Shown: piece after piece, positions 55,408-64,000 of the stretch
Layout: each line of letters starts with the position of its first letter
How positions within the stretch are numbered: position 1 is the first letter of the stretch
Origin: a virus
Lineage: Duplodnaviria; Heunggongvirae; Uroviricota; Caudoviricetes
IMG/VR virus record: IMGVR_UViG_3300042154_004306
Direction: 5' to 3' (one strand)
DNA length: 64,000 bases
Notes under the pieces: generated by a model
What the model saw: the letters and a program-made list of their open reading frames with translations, nothing else
Databases searched by the model: none
What the model was told of the DNA's origin: nothing
Translations under genes and position numbers: made by a program

Positions 55408-56290
55408 CGTTATCTTCTTTTAGTTTTTCAAAAATCCATTTCAAAAGATCGTTATCTTGTTGAAAAAGTATAAGTTCATCAGTTTTTCCAGTGGACGCTG
55501 CGAACACAATATTAAAATCTTGACTTGAAGATCCGTCTATGTCTATCAAATCAGTAGTTATCGAAGGTAATGTAACTGGAATAAAATCGGAAGCAAGCAT
55601 TCTTTGAGCTAGATCATAATGCCTATCGTAAACATGATACGAATTTGCAACATGAGTATAGGTACCAAGTTCAAGATCCGGATAAATTTCCTTTAGGTGA
55701 GCATGGATCTGCATTTGTAAAGAGCAAAAGAATGCAACATCAGTTGGAGTACCCCAAATTGCATCATTACTTCTCATGTAGACGCTCATGTATAACTTAT
55801 TTTGACGAATATGCAGATTTGCATACATGGTACATACAAAATCCTTATTGGTCAAATACTGGTGAGCGGGTTTGTTAAAATGAAGAATCGCCTGTCTTGT
55901 ACTAGAATCATTCATTAAACTTTGAATTGCCCATTGGTACTGAGTAAACCTGTATTGGTTCTTTTCATTGAAAATCAGGTTGCCGTATGCTGAGTTTGCT
56001 GTGCCATCTGGGTTTTGAATGGTTTCCCAGAACTTTGCCCATTTTGAAATGAAAGCTACATCATTTCGGCCAGCATAGTACCATAAAAATTCGGCAGCAA
56101 TATACTTTTGCTGAGAACCTCTAACTTCATTATCATATAGACACTGAGTTGGATCCTCAACTACTATCGCAACATCAAGTAATTCTTTATTTGTTGTGCC
56201 CCTAGCATTGTTAACCATGCCGTTTGCCAATAGATATTCTATTGAATGTTTATATGCTTGTGCAAAAGTGTGCCCTGTAAATGTAATCAT
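55397..56290 (-). CDS. g42: Thymidylate synthase homolog with cytosine-specific Asp (dCMP hydroxymethylase gp42-like)
   Basis: DFVCT catalytic Cys, RSNDAIWGTPTD (Asp at the Asn177-equivalent position), NSAYG, HVYDRH. Confidence 0.8.
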   Translation of the reverse strand: MITFTGHTFAQAYKHSIEYLLANGMVNNARGTTNKELLDVAIVVEDPTQCLYDNEVRGSQQKYIAAEFLWYYAGRNDVAFISKWAKFWETIQNPDGTANSAYGNLIFNEKNQYRFTQYQWAIQSLMNDSSTRQAILHFNKPAHQYLTNKDFVCTMYANLHIRQNKLYMSVYMRSNDAIWGTPTDVAFFCSLQMQIHAHLKEIYPDLELGTYTHVANSYHVYDRHYDLAQRMLASDFIPVTLPSITTDLIDIDGSSSQDFNIVFAASTGKTDELILFQQDNDLLKWIFEKLKEDNDVI

Positions 56291-56345
56291 AATTCGGAAA
56301 TAATACTATTCAAATATAATACTAAGAAAATGAAAAAAGGTTAGC

Positions 56346-58007
56346 CTAAACGATTGTTAGGTCAGAAAAATGATCCGTATTTTCAACCTGGATCTTGGTA
56401 TCAAAATACTCTTCAGGTAAAGGATCATGAGAAATCACGAATACTGTCATATTGTACTTTTTGGCAAAAGTTTTCAAAAGGTCAACTACTCTAAATATTG
56501 AATCAACGTCTAATGATGAGAATACCTCGTCCAAGAAGAGAAGATTCACCTTGTTGTGCTTTAATTTAATTAGCTCTAATATGCAGAGTAAAACAATTAG
56601 ATTCATTTTCTTTTGTTCACCAGCGGATAATGAGTCTGGCGAAACTTGCATGCCTAAGTGAGTTATTATTGGATTGAACTCTAGATCAAACTCGAATGAA
56701 AATTTAAACTCTAAGACTTTAGCAGTCTTTAGTATTTTTTTATTCAACAATGGAATGATTTGACTCATTAGCATCTGTTTCATACCGTTATCTGATAAGA
56801 TCATTTCCATCTCTTGGGAAACTTTTAACTTTTCCTGTCTTTCAGATAGACTAGCGCTAGATGTCTGGATCTCTGCCTTGATATTGTTAATGACCTCAGT
56901 TAAATGCGTGTCTGATGTCCGGTTACCCTGTCTGCTTAGATCAGCAATTTCACGCTTAACCGAAGTTATTTGAGCATCAATTTGATAGTACTTGCCCTTT
57001 ACTTCGCTAGATTCAGTTTCTACTAACGATAAGTCTTTTTCATGAGATTTAATTCTTTCTGAAATTGCAGGAAACGCTGATTCCTGTTCAGTTTTTTTTG
57101 CAACAAGCTTATCTTTGATTTGAGAATGAACCTCATCAGTTAAATCAGAAAGACAATGCGGACACTTGTTCTTATTGTAAATGTCCAACTTCTTTTGAAT
57201 TTCAGAAATGTTAACTCTAACTGTGCTCAGTTTATCCTGTTCAGCTCTAACACTCTGCCTAATTTCAGAAATTTTACCTGAAAAACTACTTGCTACGGTA
57301 TGCGCCTCTTTTTTATCAGTAGCTAACTGCTCAAGTGCCTCGTTTAATTCTGAAATTTTTGCATCATTACTCGTTTTTATTTCAGACTTTAGGGCTTCAA
57401 GTTGAGAGATTGAGGATTCTAATAGTCGTTGGTTACTCGAAATAGCTGATTCAAGAGGTGCAATATCGCCCTTAATCTTTTTAGACTCTTCCTTTGCAAC
57501 CTTAGCCATATCATTAACAATATCTAGTCCAAATATCTTATCGATGATTTGACGTTTATCGGCTGGACTAAGTTTAACAAAGCTCTTAAAATCATTAACT
57601 GATAAGCTAATAGTATTTGAGAAAACGTTAAACGGTATCTTAGTCAATTCGTCTTCAATAAATTCATCGACTCTACGTTTATCAGGCAAGTTATATTCAA
57701 CTCCATCAATCGAAAGCTTGGAAAAGTTAGGTTCAAGGCCTCTTTCGATATCAATAAGTTGACCATTTCCGGTAACGAATTTAATTTGAGTATAGGCATT
57801 CTTGTTGATTCGATTAGGGATTTCCTTGGTCTTGCGGATTGCAGATTTACCGTATAGTGACACAGTCAAAGCATCCGAGATTGAAGATTTGCCACTACCG
57901 TTTTTACCCTGAACTAGGATTAGTCGAGGCTCGTCTGTAAACTTGAATGTTTGTAATTTATTGCCGTATGAGCAGATGTTTCTAAAGGAAAATTCTTGTA
58001 TCTTCAT
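56346..58007 (-). CDS. g46: Rad50/SbcC-like ATPase (T4 gp46)
   Basis: GKNGSGKSS, CPHC hook, LSAGEQ, LFLDEVF, VISH. Confidence 0.95.
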   Translation of the reverse strand: MKIQEFSFRNICSYGNKLQTFKFTDEPRLILVQGKNGSGKSSISDALTVSLYGKSAIRKTKEIPNRINKNAYTQIKFVTGNGQLIDIERGLEPNFSKLSIDGVEYNLPDKRRVDEFIEDELTKIPFNVFSNTISLSVNDFKSFVKLSPADKRQIIDKIFGLDIVNDMAKVAKEESKKIKGDIAPLESAISSNQRLLESSISQLEALKSEIKTSNDAKISELNEALEQLATDKKEAHTVASSFSGKISEIRQSVRAEQDKLSTVRVNISEIQKKLDIYNKNKCPHCLSDLTDEVHSQIKDKLVAKKTEQESAFPAISERIKSHEKDLSLVETESSEVKGKYYQIDAQITSVKREIADLSRQGNRTSDTHLTEVINNIKAEIQTSSASLSERQEKLKVSQEMEMILSDNGMKQMLMSQIIPLLNKKILKTAKVLEFKFSFEFDLEFNPIITHLGMQVSPDSLSAGEQKKMNLIVLLCILELIKLKHNKVNLLFLDEVFSSLDVDSIFRVVDLLKTFAKKYNMTVFVISHDPLPEEYFDTKIQVENTDHFSDLTIV

Positions 58008-58009
58008 GA

Positions 58010-58510
58010 TTAAAAGTATGTAAGTTCGCGGTTTGCAGCGATATCCTGAGTTGTATAAAACTTATACAACTTAGAATCACTATCGTATTCCCAAGTAATG
58101 TTAGGCATGTCGCTTCGACGATAAAGAGACCCGAATCCCAACAGGATTGCATGCGAAACCACACTCAATAGTTTAGTTGGATTGGCAACCTCAATCAGAA
58201 GCGCTTTAAATTGTTCAGTAGTTATTAGGCCTCGGTCCAGTCTCTCCTGTAAATCAAGATCGGCAATCTTAGCTGCGAATTGTCTCTCCTTTTCAATGCC
58301 GTCTGGGTTAATGAATAGTCTTTGACCTAGGCTTGCATCGTTCTTGTCAATTAGGATTTGAATCCTTTGGCTTACTGGCAACCAGGCACAAAATTCAACG
58401 ATTGAATCTCGATATAGTGGAGCATTCGTAAATACGCCAAACTCCTTATCGTTGATTGGCTTTACGCAAATGGTATTTAAGATTTTTGGAGCTTTACTCA
58501 TGTGATCCAT
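58010..58510 (-). CDS. SET-domain protein with a divergent active-site motif
   Basis: FGVFT...IVEFC, LGFGSLYRRSDMPN (NHS replaced by RRS), FYTTQDIAANRELTYF. Confidence 0.7.
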   Translation of the reverse strand: MDHMSKAPKILNTICVKPINDKEFGVFTNAPLYRDSIVEFCAWLPVSQRIQILIDKNDASLGQRLFINPDGIEKERQFAAKIADLDLQERLDRGLITTEQFKALLIEVANPTKLLSVVSHAILLGFGSLYRRSDMPNITWEYDSDSKLYKFYTTQDIAANRELTYF

Positions 58511-59606
58511 CCTGTTTTACTAAGTTATGAATTTCAACGAACTTTCGGGCAAGGTCAGTCTTAAATGTTTGAGAATACGCCTTTGATTTAATAAAGCTCT
58601 TGAAAATATCGATTATGTTGAATTGATCTTCTGGATTAAAATTTGAGCCGGTCGCGTCTTCTTTAACTTGGTCAACGTAAGTAAAGAATTCAATCTTTCT
58701 GTGAGTTGACTTAGAGACAGCTTCAATGAATCTGGTAACTGGAAATTTATTTACAAAATTAACGCTTATCATTACATCAACAAAAGCATTATTTAGGTTT
58801 GAGACCACTTGTTCTACTGGCATCTCTAGCAATTCGTAAATATCAAACTTCTTGTAAACTGGTGATTGTGTATTCTCAATGAATCTTTCAGCAATTGAGT
58901 CCTTAGTAAGGGTCAATTCATAAAAGCCTTTAACATTGTCTCTATCGCCTCGATCCATTTGATATGGAGTGCCGGTGTAGAGTACGTTTTTAAATTCTTG
59001 ACGATGGTGAATGTGTCCAGCATAAACTCTTTTATATGAGCCTAGCATATCCACCTCAATTCCGTGTTCGACCTTTGTCCATTTGTTGAAACGGAGTCCC
59101 TTAATGTCTGCATGGCAAACAATATACTCGCAAAGATCTTGATGATCAGTTATGATTTGATTTATTCGGCGAACGTCCTCAACCCAAGGTAACATTAAGA
59201 AATTATGAGTTCCGTTGATTGTTAGAATTTCAGGATTTTCAAAAACATGAATGTTGTCAGCGATATGAGATATTGACTTAAGTGAGTGAACTGCATTTCT
59301 ATCTTTGTAATACACATCATGGTTTCCAATAATGATGTAGATTCCGCGCTTAAACTTCTTAGCCAATGCCTTAAATATGGTTAAGGCCTCATCGTGAATT
59401 CTAACATTAATTGATTCTCTAGAATGGAAAATGTCCCCTTCTAAAAAGAGGATGTCTCGGTCTTCGTCAAAATCTTCATCGATCTTTGTTAATAAAAAGT
59501 CCAATAGAAAGTCCTTTTGTATTTGAAGCCATTCTACTGAATTGTTTTTTATACCAAGATGAAGATCTCCAACTAACGTTATTTTTCGAATATTTGTGAG
59601 TTTCAT
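58494..59606 (-). CDS. g47: Mre11/SbcD-like nuclease (T4 gp47)
   Basis: GDLHLG, GDIFH, GNHD, CHAD, AGHIH, YTGTPYQ. Confidence 0.95.
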   Translation of the reverse strand: MKLTNIRKITLVGDLHLGIKNNSVEWLQIQKDFLLDFLLTKIDEDFDEDRDILFLEGDIFHSRESINVRIHDEALTIFKALAKKFKRGIYIIIGNHDVYYKDRNAVHSLKSISHIADNIHVFENPEILTINGTHNFLMLPWVEDVRRINQIITDHQDLCEYIVCHADIKGLRFNKWTKVEHGIEVDMLGSYKRVYAGHIHHRQEFKNVLYTGTPYQMDRGDRDNVKGFYELTLTKDSIAERFIENTQSPVYKKFDIYELLEMPVEQVVSNLNNAFVDVMISVNFVNKFPVTRFIEAVSKSTHRKIEFFTYVDQVKEDATGSNFNPEDQFNIIDIFKSFIKSKAYSQTFKTDLARKFVEIHNLVKQDGSHE

Positions 59607-60281
59607 TTAGAATATTTTATAGTTCTTGCCTGTGTTGTCTAAGAATCCGTACTTATTGTTTAATTCTACCAATAGAATCTCCTTATTATCATAAGTTAAC
59701 TGGTCAAATATCTTTTTGTACTCCATGTTTATTAAGGAAGAGATTGAATCAAGCACATGGATTGAATTTATGAAGACGTTTCCAGTTGCACCAGTCGCCA
59801 ACCCTAAATTTAGAATTTCAAACAGTTCGTTGATTTCAGGTTTAGTGAATTTCTTTTTGTCTGGTTCATTTCCGAGGATGTCCTTCACCCTTAGATTGGT
59901 TTTAATGAATTCATATATGTCTCGCTGAACGATCTTAAGGTCGAGGCTCTCTGCGAACCTTTTTGGATCGTACATGTGGTAATCTGGAGATCCGCTATCT
60001 AGTTTTAGCTCAGAAGTACTGGCTCTTGGAGCACCTTCTTCTTCATCGTCGGTTGTGTCTAGTCCAAGATTATATGTGTTATTAAAGATCTTATCAGTCT
60101 TCTTTAGATCCGCGTAAGCAGACCTACGTCTTTCAAGTTCATCATCATCATACTCATCAGTTAACAGATGGTCGTCTGATAGTTCAGCATCTCTTTCAAA
60201 TAAGAAGTCTTCATCTTCATGATAATTTAATGACTTGTCATCGTCATCGTCTAAGTGGTCTTCATGTTGTCTAGGTATCAC
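59607..60281 (-). CDS. Hypothetical protein with acidic N-terminus
   Basis: 224-aa ORF within the replication/recombination run. Confidence 0.7.
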   Translation of the reverse strand: MIPRQHEDHLDDDDDKSLNYHEDEDFLFERDAELSDDHLLTDEYDDDELERRRSAYADLKKTDKIFNNTYNLGLDTTDDEEEGAPRASTSELKLDSGSPDYHMYDPKRFAESLDLKIVQRDIYEFIKTNLRVKDILGNEPDKKKFTKPEINELFEILNLGLATGATGNVFINSIHVLDSISSLINMEYKKIFDQLTYDNKEILLVELNNKYGFLDNTGKNYKIF

Positions 60282-60295
60282 AGTATTTGTGTTTT

Positions 60296-61819
60296 TTAAA
60301 TTGAATTTAGCAAGTCATCGTAATCGCTTGGCGATTTATATTGAGGTGCAGGTCTGCTTAGTGCCTCTTCCATTGTAATTAAGTTTGGAGGTAAAGTTGT
60401 TGTATGGACTGTATTGTATTGAGTTCTCATTTGATTTTCAAGAGACTGAGTATCATCATCATCCGAATAGAATTCAGAAGCTGGATCGTTTTCTTCAGTT
60501 AACTTAGCAAATTCATAACTCATTCGGTACATTTTAAAACTTTCGGTGTATCCTCCATCTCGATTCGCAATTAACTTAATCTTCATACGCTTCTCCATTG
60601 GGCCTCTAATCAAGCCGAATAGAGAATCTACTGTATGCACTAAACCGAAAGATTCGGCAATGTCTGACATGCTTAAGTCTTGATCATCTACTGCATCTCG
60701 TTTGATTTGAGTTGCGGTAATAATACACCACTCGTTTCGGATTGCAACGGCTCTTAACTCTTCTGAGATTACTTTAATCTTTTCATAAGTGTTTCCCTGT
60801 TCTCTCATAGGTCTCATCAAGTTGATGTAGTCAACCACGATTACCGTGAATTTCTTTCCAGTATTTTGTTGAACTTTTAGAAAGTAGTTTTCAACATCAA
60901 TTGCTGAAGCGGTTCCAGTAGGAAATTCTTTTACGACTAGCTTGCCAAGAGTTGGAACGGCCTTCTTTAAATTAGCCATTTTACTTGCAACATCCGCGGT
61001 TTGAGTATTATCCAACATTGAGTCGTAATCCTTAAACGGAATTTCCAAGATCATAGAGCCTAGGCGTTTCATGTACTTTCGGTCAGATAATTCAAGTGTC
61101 GCGATTCCAACATTACAACCGGCCATGAATGCTCTACCTGCAATATTTGAAAGTACCATCGATTTACCAACTTTAGGTCGACCTTGAAAAACGACTAGTG
61201 TTTTTGGGTTCCAGCCTCCGCCTAGCGTCTTATCCAAAAATTTGAAGCCGGTTGGATTACCGATCTTTGATAATTGAACGTGATCTACTGGATTAAAAAA
61301 ATCTAGGCCAGATTCGGCATTTGTAAATGATACGTTTAATTTTTCATTGAATTTTTCTCTAACTTCATTAGTGATTAGTTCAACGTTTTCTGGATTAATT
61401 TCAGTTGTTTTTAAATAAGAAAGTACGTCAATTACTGAAGCATTTAGATTCTTGTAAAATATAAAGGCTTTTGTGTATTTGAATAGAAAATCGTAATTAT
61501 AACTAGAAAGATCAACCGCAAATAGAGAATTAAACTTTGCGTCTGGAATGTCCAAGTTTGAAAGATTGCAAAGCTCGCGAAGTTCATTTCGAGTTGGAAG
61601 ATTTGAATATTCAACAAAAAACTTTTTTGCAACTCGATAGACTCTCTGTAGCGTATCATCATTGAAATAATGAGCCTTAACTAACGGAAGGATTTCGCGC
61701 TTGTCCAGTGAATCATAGTTCTTTGGCTTTATCACGACATCGCCGTCATCATCAGTCAAAATAAAGTTAAAGATTATTCTTTCAAGAACCTCAATGTTCT
61801 CTTTAAAGTCTATCGTCAT
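60296..61819 (-). CDS. g41: Replicative DnaB-like helicase (T4 gp41)
   Basis: GRPKVGKS, TLEL, KEFPTG, VVDYINL, TATQ, AESFG, ANRDG. Confidence 0.95.
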   Translation of the reverse strand: MTIDFKENIEVLERIIFNFILTDDDGDVVIKPKNYDSLDKREILPLVKAHYFNDDTLQRVYRVAKKFFVEYSNLPTRNELRELCNLSNLDIPDAKFNSLFAVDLSSYNYDFLFKYTKAFIFYKNLNASVIDVLSYLKTTEINPENVELITNEVREKFNEKLNVSFTNAESGLDFFNPVDHVQLSKIGNPTGFKFLDKTLGGGWNPKTLVVFQGRPKVGKSMVLSNIAGRAFMAGCNVGIATLELSDRKYMKRLGSMILEIPFKDYDSMLDNTQTADVASKMANLKKAVPTLGKLVVKEFPTGTASAIDVENYFLKVQQNTGKKFTVIVVDYINLMRPMREQGNTYEKIKVISEELRAVAIRNEWCIITATQIKRDAVDDQDLSMSDIAESFGLVHTVDSLFGLIRGPMEKRMKIKLIANRDGGYTESFKMYRMSYEFAKLTEENDPASEFYSDDDDTQSLENQMRTQYNTVHTTTLPPNLITMEEALSRPAPQYKSPSDYDDLLNSI

Positions 61820-61825
61820 ATTTTT

Positions 61826-62170
61826 TTAGTTATTCGAAATTATATAAATTTTTAAAAATTCAGTTTTGGAAATTACTAGATTTTCTCCAGCCTTTGTTAA
61901 ACTACCATCTTCTATCATATCTTTTATAATAAGTTTTATTTTATCACGAAATTCATCATCGTTTATCTTATCGTTGAAAACGTACTTTAGAGTTTTGGTT
62001 GAAAACTTTAGATCCTCTGGGTCCAATTTTCTGGACTTACTTTCGGAAACTCTAATTAGGTATGACACAATATCAAAAACAAAGTCCTGCCGAGTTGGAT
62101 AGTTCGGCAAGGCAATGTGAGATTCAAGGTAATATTTAAGAGGAGCTAATGCGCTCAGATTATAGGTCAT
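61826..62170 (-). CDS. Hypothetical protein
   Basis: ORF between uvsX and g41. Confidence 0.7.
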   Translation of the reverse strand: MTYNLSALAPLKYYLESHIALPNYPTRQDFVFDIVSYLIRVSESKSRKLDPEDLKFSTKTLKYVFNDKINDDEFRDKIKLIIKDMIEDGSLTKAGENLVISKTEFLKIYIISNN

Positions 62171-63350
62171 GGTCAGTATCAGTTAAGTCTTCTAATTCTT
62201 CGGTTTCCATATTATCAATTCCATCCTGAGTTTCTGGAAACTTAAAGGTTGGTTTAATTATCTTTTCGTCTAATTCAGTTAACACCTCTTTAGTGAAAAG
62301 TCTTGCTGAGAAAAATTCCTTAACTGGAACAGCATCGCCGTTATGTCTAATGATGTAAGTTTTACCTAATTTTTTGGGTAAGAAATAGAAAGTCTCACCA
62401 GCCACTTCAAATTTAGAGCATAGTTCAGATTCGTCAGGTTTAAGTTTAGAGAATTCCTTTTCTGTTAACTTATTACCTCTACCGACTCCACAGTTTTCCC
62501 AGTTTACGTATTGTTCAAGCCCAACAAATTGATTCATACCCTTATGGAAAGAGATGTGAAATTCAATATCAATTGGTCTTGCCAAACGATTCTTTTTGGT
62601 TTTGGAGCGAACAATAATTCCAGTAGTGGTTTTAGCCTCATCTCTTAGGGTTCCTTTACTTAACATTAAGATAATTGAGGCAGAGAATTCTGGACCTCCA
62701 CCACCTGACATACCCTTTGGAGTGTATTGATCCATTGAAGCATACGTGTGATTTGTAAAGATGAATGGCACTTTGTAATTTGAAAGATCTAGAGTCAATG
62801 ACTTGAATAAAGATCTCATCTCTTTTGCACGAAGACCCATATCTGCAGCATTCTTACCGGCTTCCATATCACGTTGACTTTTATCAGTATCTAGCATGCC
62901 TACTGAATCTACGAATAGCGCAAGCTTAAGTCCTGGATTTTCCTTAATTGTTTCAATTAGGTCGTGGACGTAAAATTTAACTTCACTAATAAGACCCATA
63001 CGTAAATACTTTAATTTGGTTAGGTCTACTCCAAATTTAACATAGTCGTTTGAGTCGATTGCACCCTCGGTGTCAATGTAGATTACCATGTAATCCATTT
63101 GCTGCAATTCTCTAACTGCATTTAAGCATAAGAAGGTTTTACCTGAACCTGAATCTCCAGCAATTCCAATACTTCTAGTGTTTGGATAACCTCCAAAAAG
63201 GGATCCTGACATTTGAGCATTTAATAAGTAGTTTCCAGTTGGAATGTACTCTTCGATGTCTGAGAATCCTCGGATCTCAATTTTAGATTTGACTTTCTTT
63301 TCGAGCAAGTCGTTAAACTTGGCGAATGCGTCCATTGTTGATTTTGCCAT
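62160..63350 (-). CDS. uvsX: RecA-like recombinase UvsX
   Basis: PTGNYLLNAQMSG, GDSGSGKT, DTEGA, FVDSVGML, MSGGGG. Confidence 0.95.
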   Translation of the reverse strand: MAKSTMDAFAKFNDLLEKKVKSKIEIRGFSDIEEYIPTGNYLLNAQMSGSLFGGYPNTRSIGIAGDSGSGKTFLCLNAVRELQQMDYMVIYIDTEGAIDSNDYVKFGVDLTKLKYLRMGLISEVKFYVHDLIETIKENPGLKLALFVDSVGMLDTDKSQRDMEAGKNAADMGLRAKEMRSLFKSLTLDLSNYKVPFIFTNHTYASMDQYTPKGMSGGGGPEFSASIILMLSKGTLRDEAKTTTGIIVRSKTKKNRLARPIDIEFHISFHKGMNQFVGLEQYVNWENCGVGRGNKLTEKEFSKLKPDESELCSKFEVAGETFYFLPKKLGKTYIIRHNGDAVPVKEFFSARLFTKEVLTELDEKIIKPTFKFPETQDGIDNMETEELEDLTDTDHDL

Positions 63351-63401
63351 GTGTATAAAAATTAATATTTAGTATCTTTTACAAAGGATACTGAATTGGG
63401 T

Positions 63402-63965
63402 TTAGTTGAAATATGAAACTAATAAAAATGACCCTGCTAAAATAGTAGAGTCCGGAAAGTCGCCATTTACCACTTGGTGAAAGCCTACCTTTTTAATGGA
63501 TGAGCTGTCCTTTGTGAAATGATCCTTTGATAAATTTCTTGTGAATTCAAGAACTGATTTGCTTGTAATATCGATTCCATAACAGTGCATTTTATATGAC
63601 ATTGGAGCACTCATTTGAATGTCTCCCAAATAGTAAATACTATTCTCAGTCAGTCCTAGCTCGTCAATGTTTAGTCCAGCTTCTTCAACTAGAGCACGAC
63701 AAACGCTGTCGTATGGAGTTTTATCAAGATCTGGATTGACTGTGTCAACTATCAAAGATTCGGTTTGAGAATCCGTTGCAGGATTAAGATAATCCAATAC
63801 ATATATTGACTTGATTGAGTTCTCTGAAGACTTTTCAAATGGAATCAAGCAGATGTACTCAAGATCGTCGGCTAAATATTGATTCGAATGCTGGTCCTTA
63901 GTTAAGGTCAACACGTTAAATCTACCGAGCTTACTAGCTTCTTTTGAGATTAAAGGCTTATTCAT
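63402..63965 (-). CDS. Degenerate NUDIX-fold protein
   Basis: RALVEEAGL resembles the C-terminal half of the Nudix box. Confidence 0.55.
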   Translation of the reverse strand: MNKPLISKEASKLGRFNVLTLTKDQHSNQYLADDLEYICLIPFEKSSENSIKSIYVLDYLNPATDSQTESLIVDTVNPDLDKTPYDSVCRALVEEAGLNIDELGLTENSIYYLGDIQMSAPMSYKMHCYGIDITSKSVLEFTRNLSKDHFTKDSSSIKKVGFHQVVNGDFPDSTILAGSFLLVSYFN

Positions 63966-64000
63966 TTGTAGTTGTCTTCTTTTTAGTGTCTCCAGCTAAT

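Noticed and set aside
947-62102. Numerous short opposite-strand or alternative-frame ORFs in the track (e.g. 947..1150, 5162..5488, 7206..7628, 9903..10091, 51295..51756, 53683..54138, 61866..62102)
   Set aside because: They lie fully within well-supported genes and lack recognisable motifs, so they are treated as shadow ORFs.
1-64000. tRNA, rRNA or integrase genes; prophage interpretation
   Set aside because: No cloverleaf-like sequence was found in the short intergenic gaps, no tyrosine or serine recombinase was seen, and there are no bacterial housekeeping operons. The content is uniformly lytic-phage-like.

Overview
This window is a 64 kb segment of a large T4-like (myovirus, probably jumbo) phage genome in standard genetic code, very densely coding. 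A Bacteroidota host is inferred from A-rich starts without Shine-Dalgarno motifs, a Bacteroidota-like ClpC, and lipoprotein/AQ signal peptides. Recognisable core genes are portal, head completion, end protector, neck, baseplate (gp25, gp53, hub, gp5), tail tube, prohead protease-scaffold fusion, major capsid, primase, a PolB C-terminal half only, UvsW, UvsY, gp46/47, gp41 helicase and UvsX. Accessory genes include ClpC, DnaJ, an RfaE-type heptose kinase, a T5 A1 homolog, a SET-domain protein, a dCMP hydroxymethylase-like thymidylate synthase homolog with dCMP deaminase, and an 11-gene glycosyl/methyltransferase island behind a late promoter. The most notable observations are: (i) about 16 proteins carrying a T4 internal-protein-like capsid targeting motif at N-terminal, internal or C-terminal positions; (ii) a 285-bp attC-like gene cassette apparently inserted at a TAAC stop-codon site; (iii) probable cytosine modification plus late-expressed glycan synthesis; (iv) a fingers-tip split DNA polymerase whose N-half is not adjacent. 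No tRNA, rRNA, CRISPR array, intein or integrase was seen. All family assignments come from motif recognition by eye; no database search was run.
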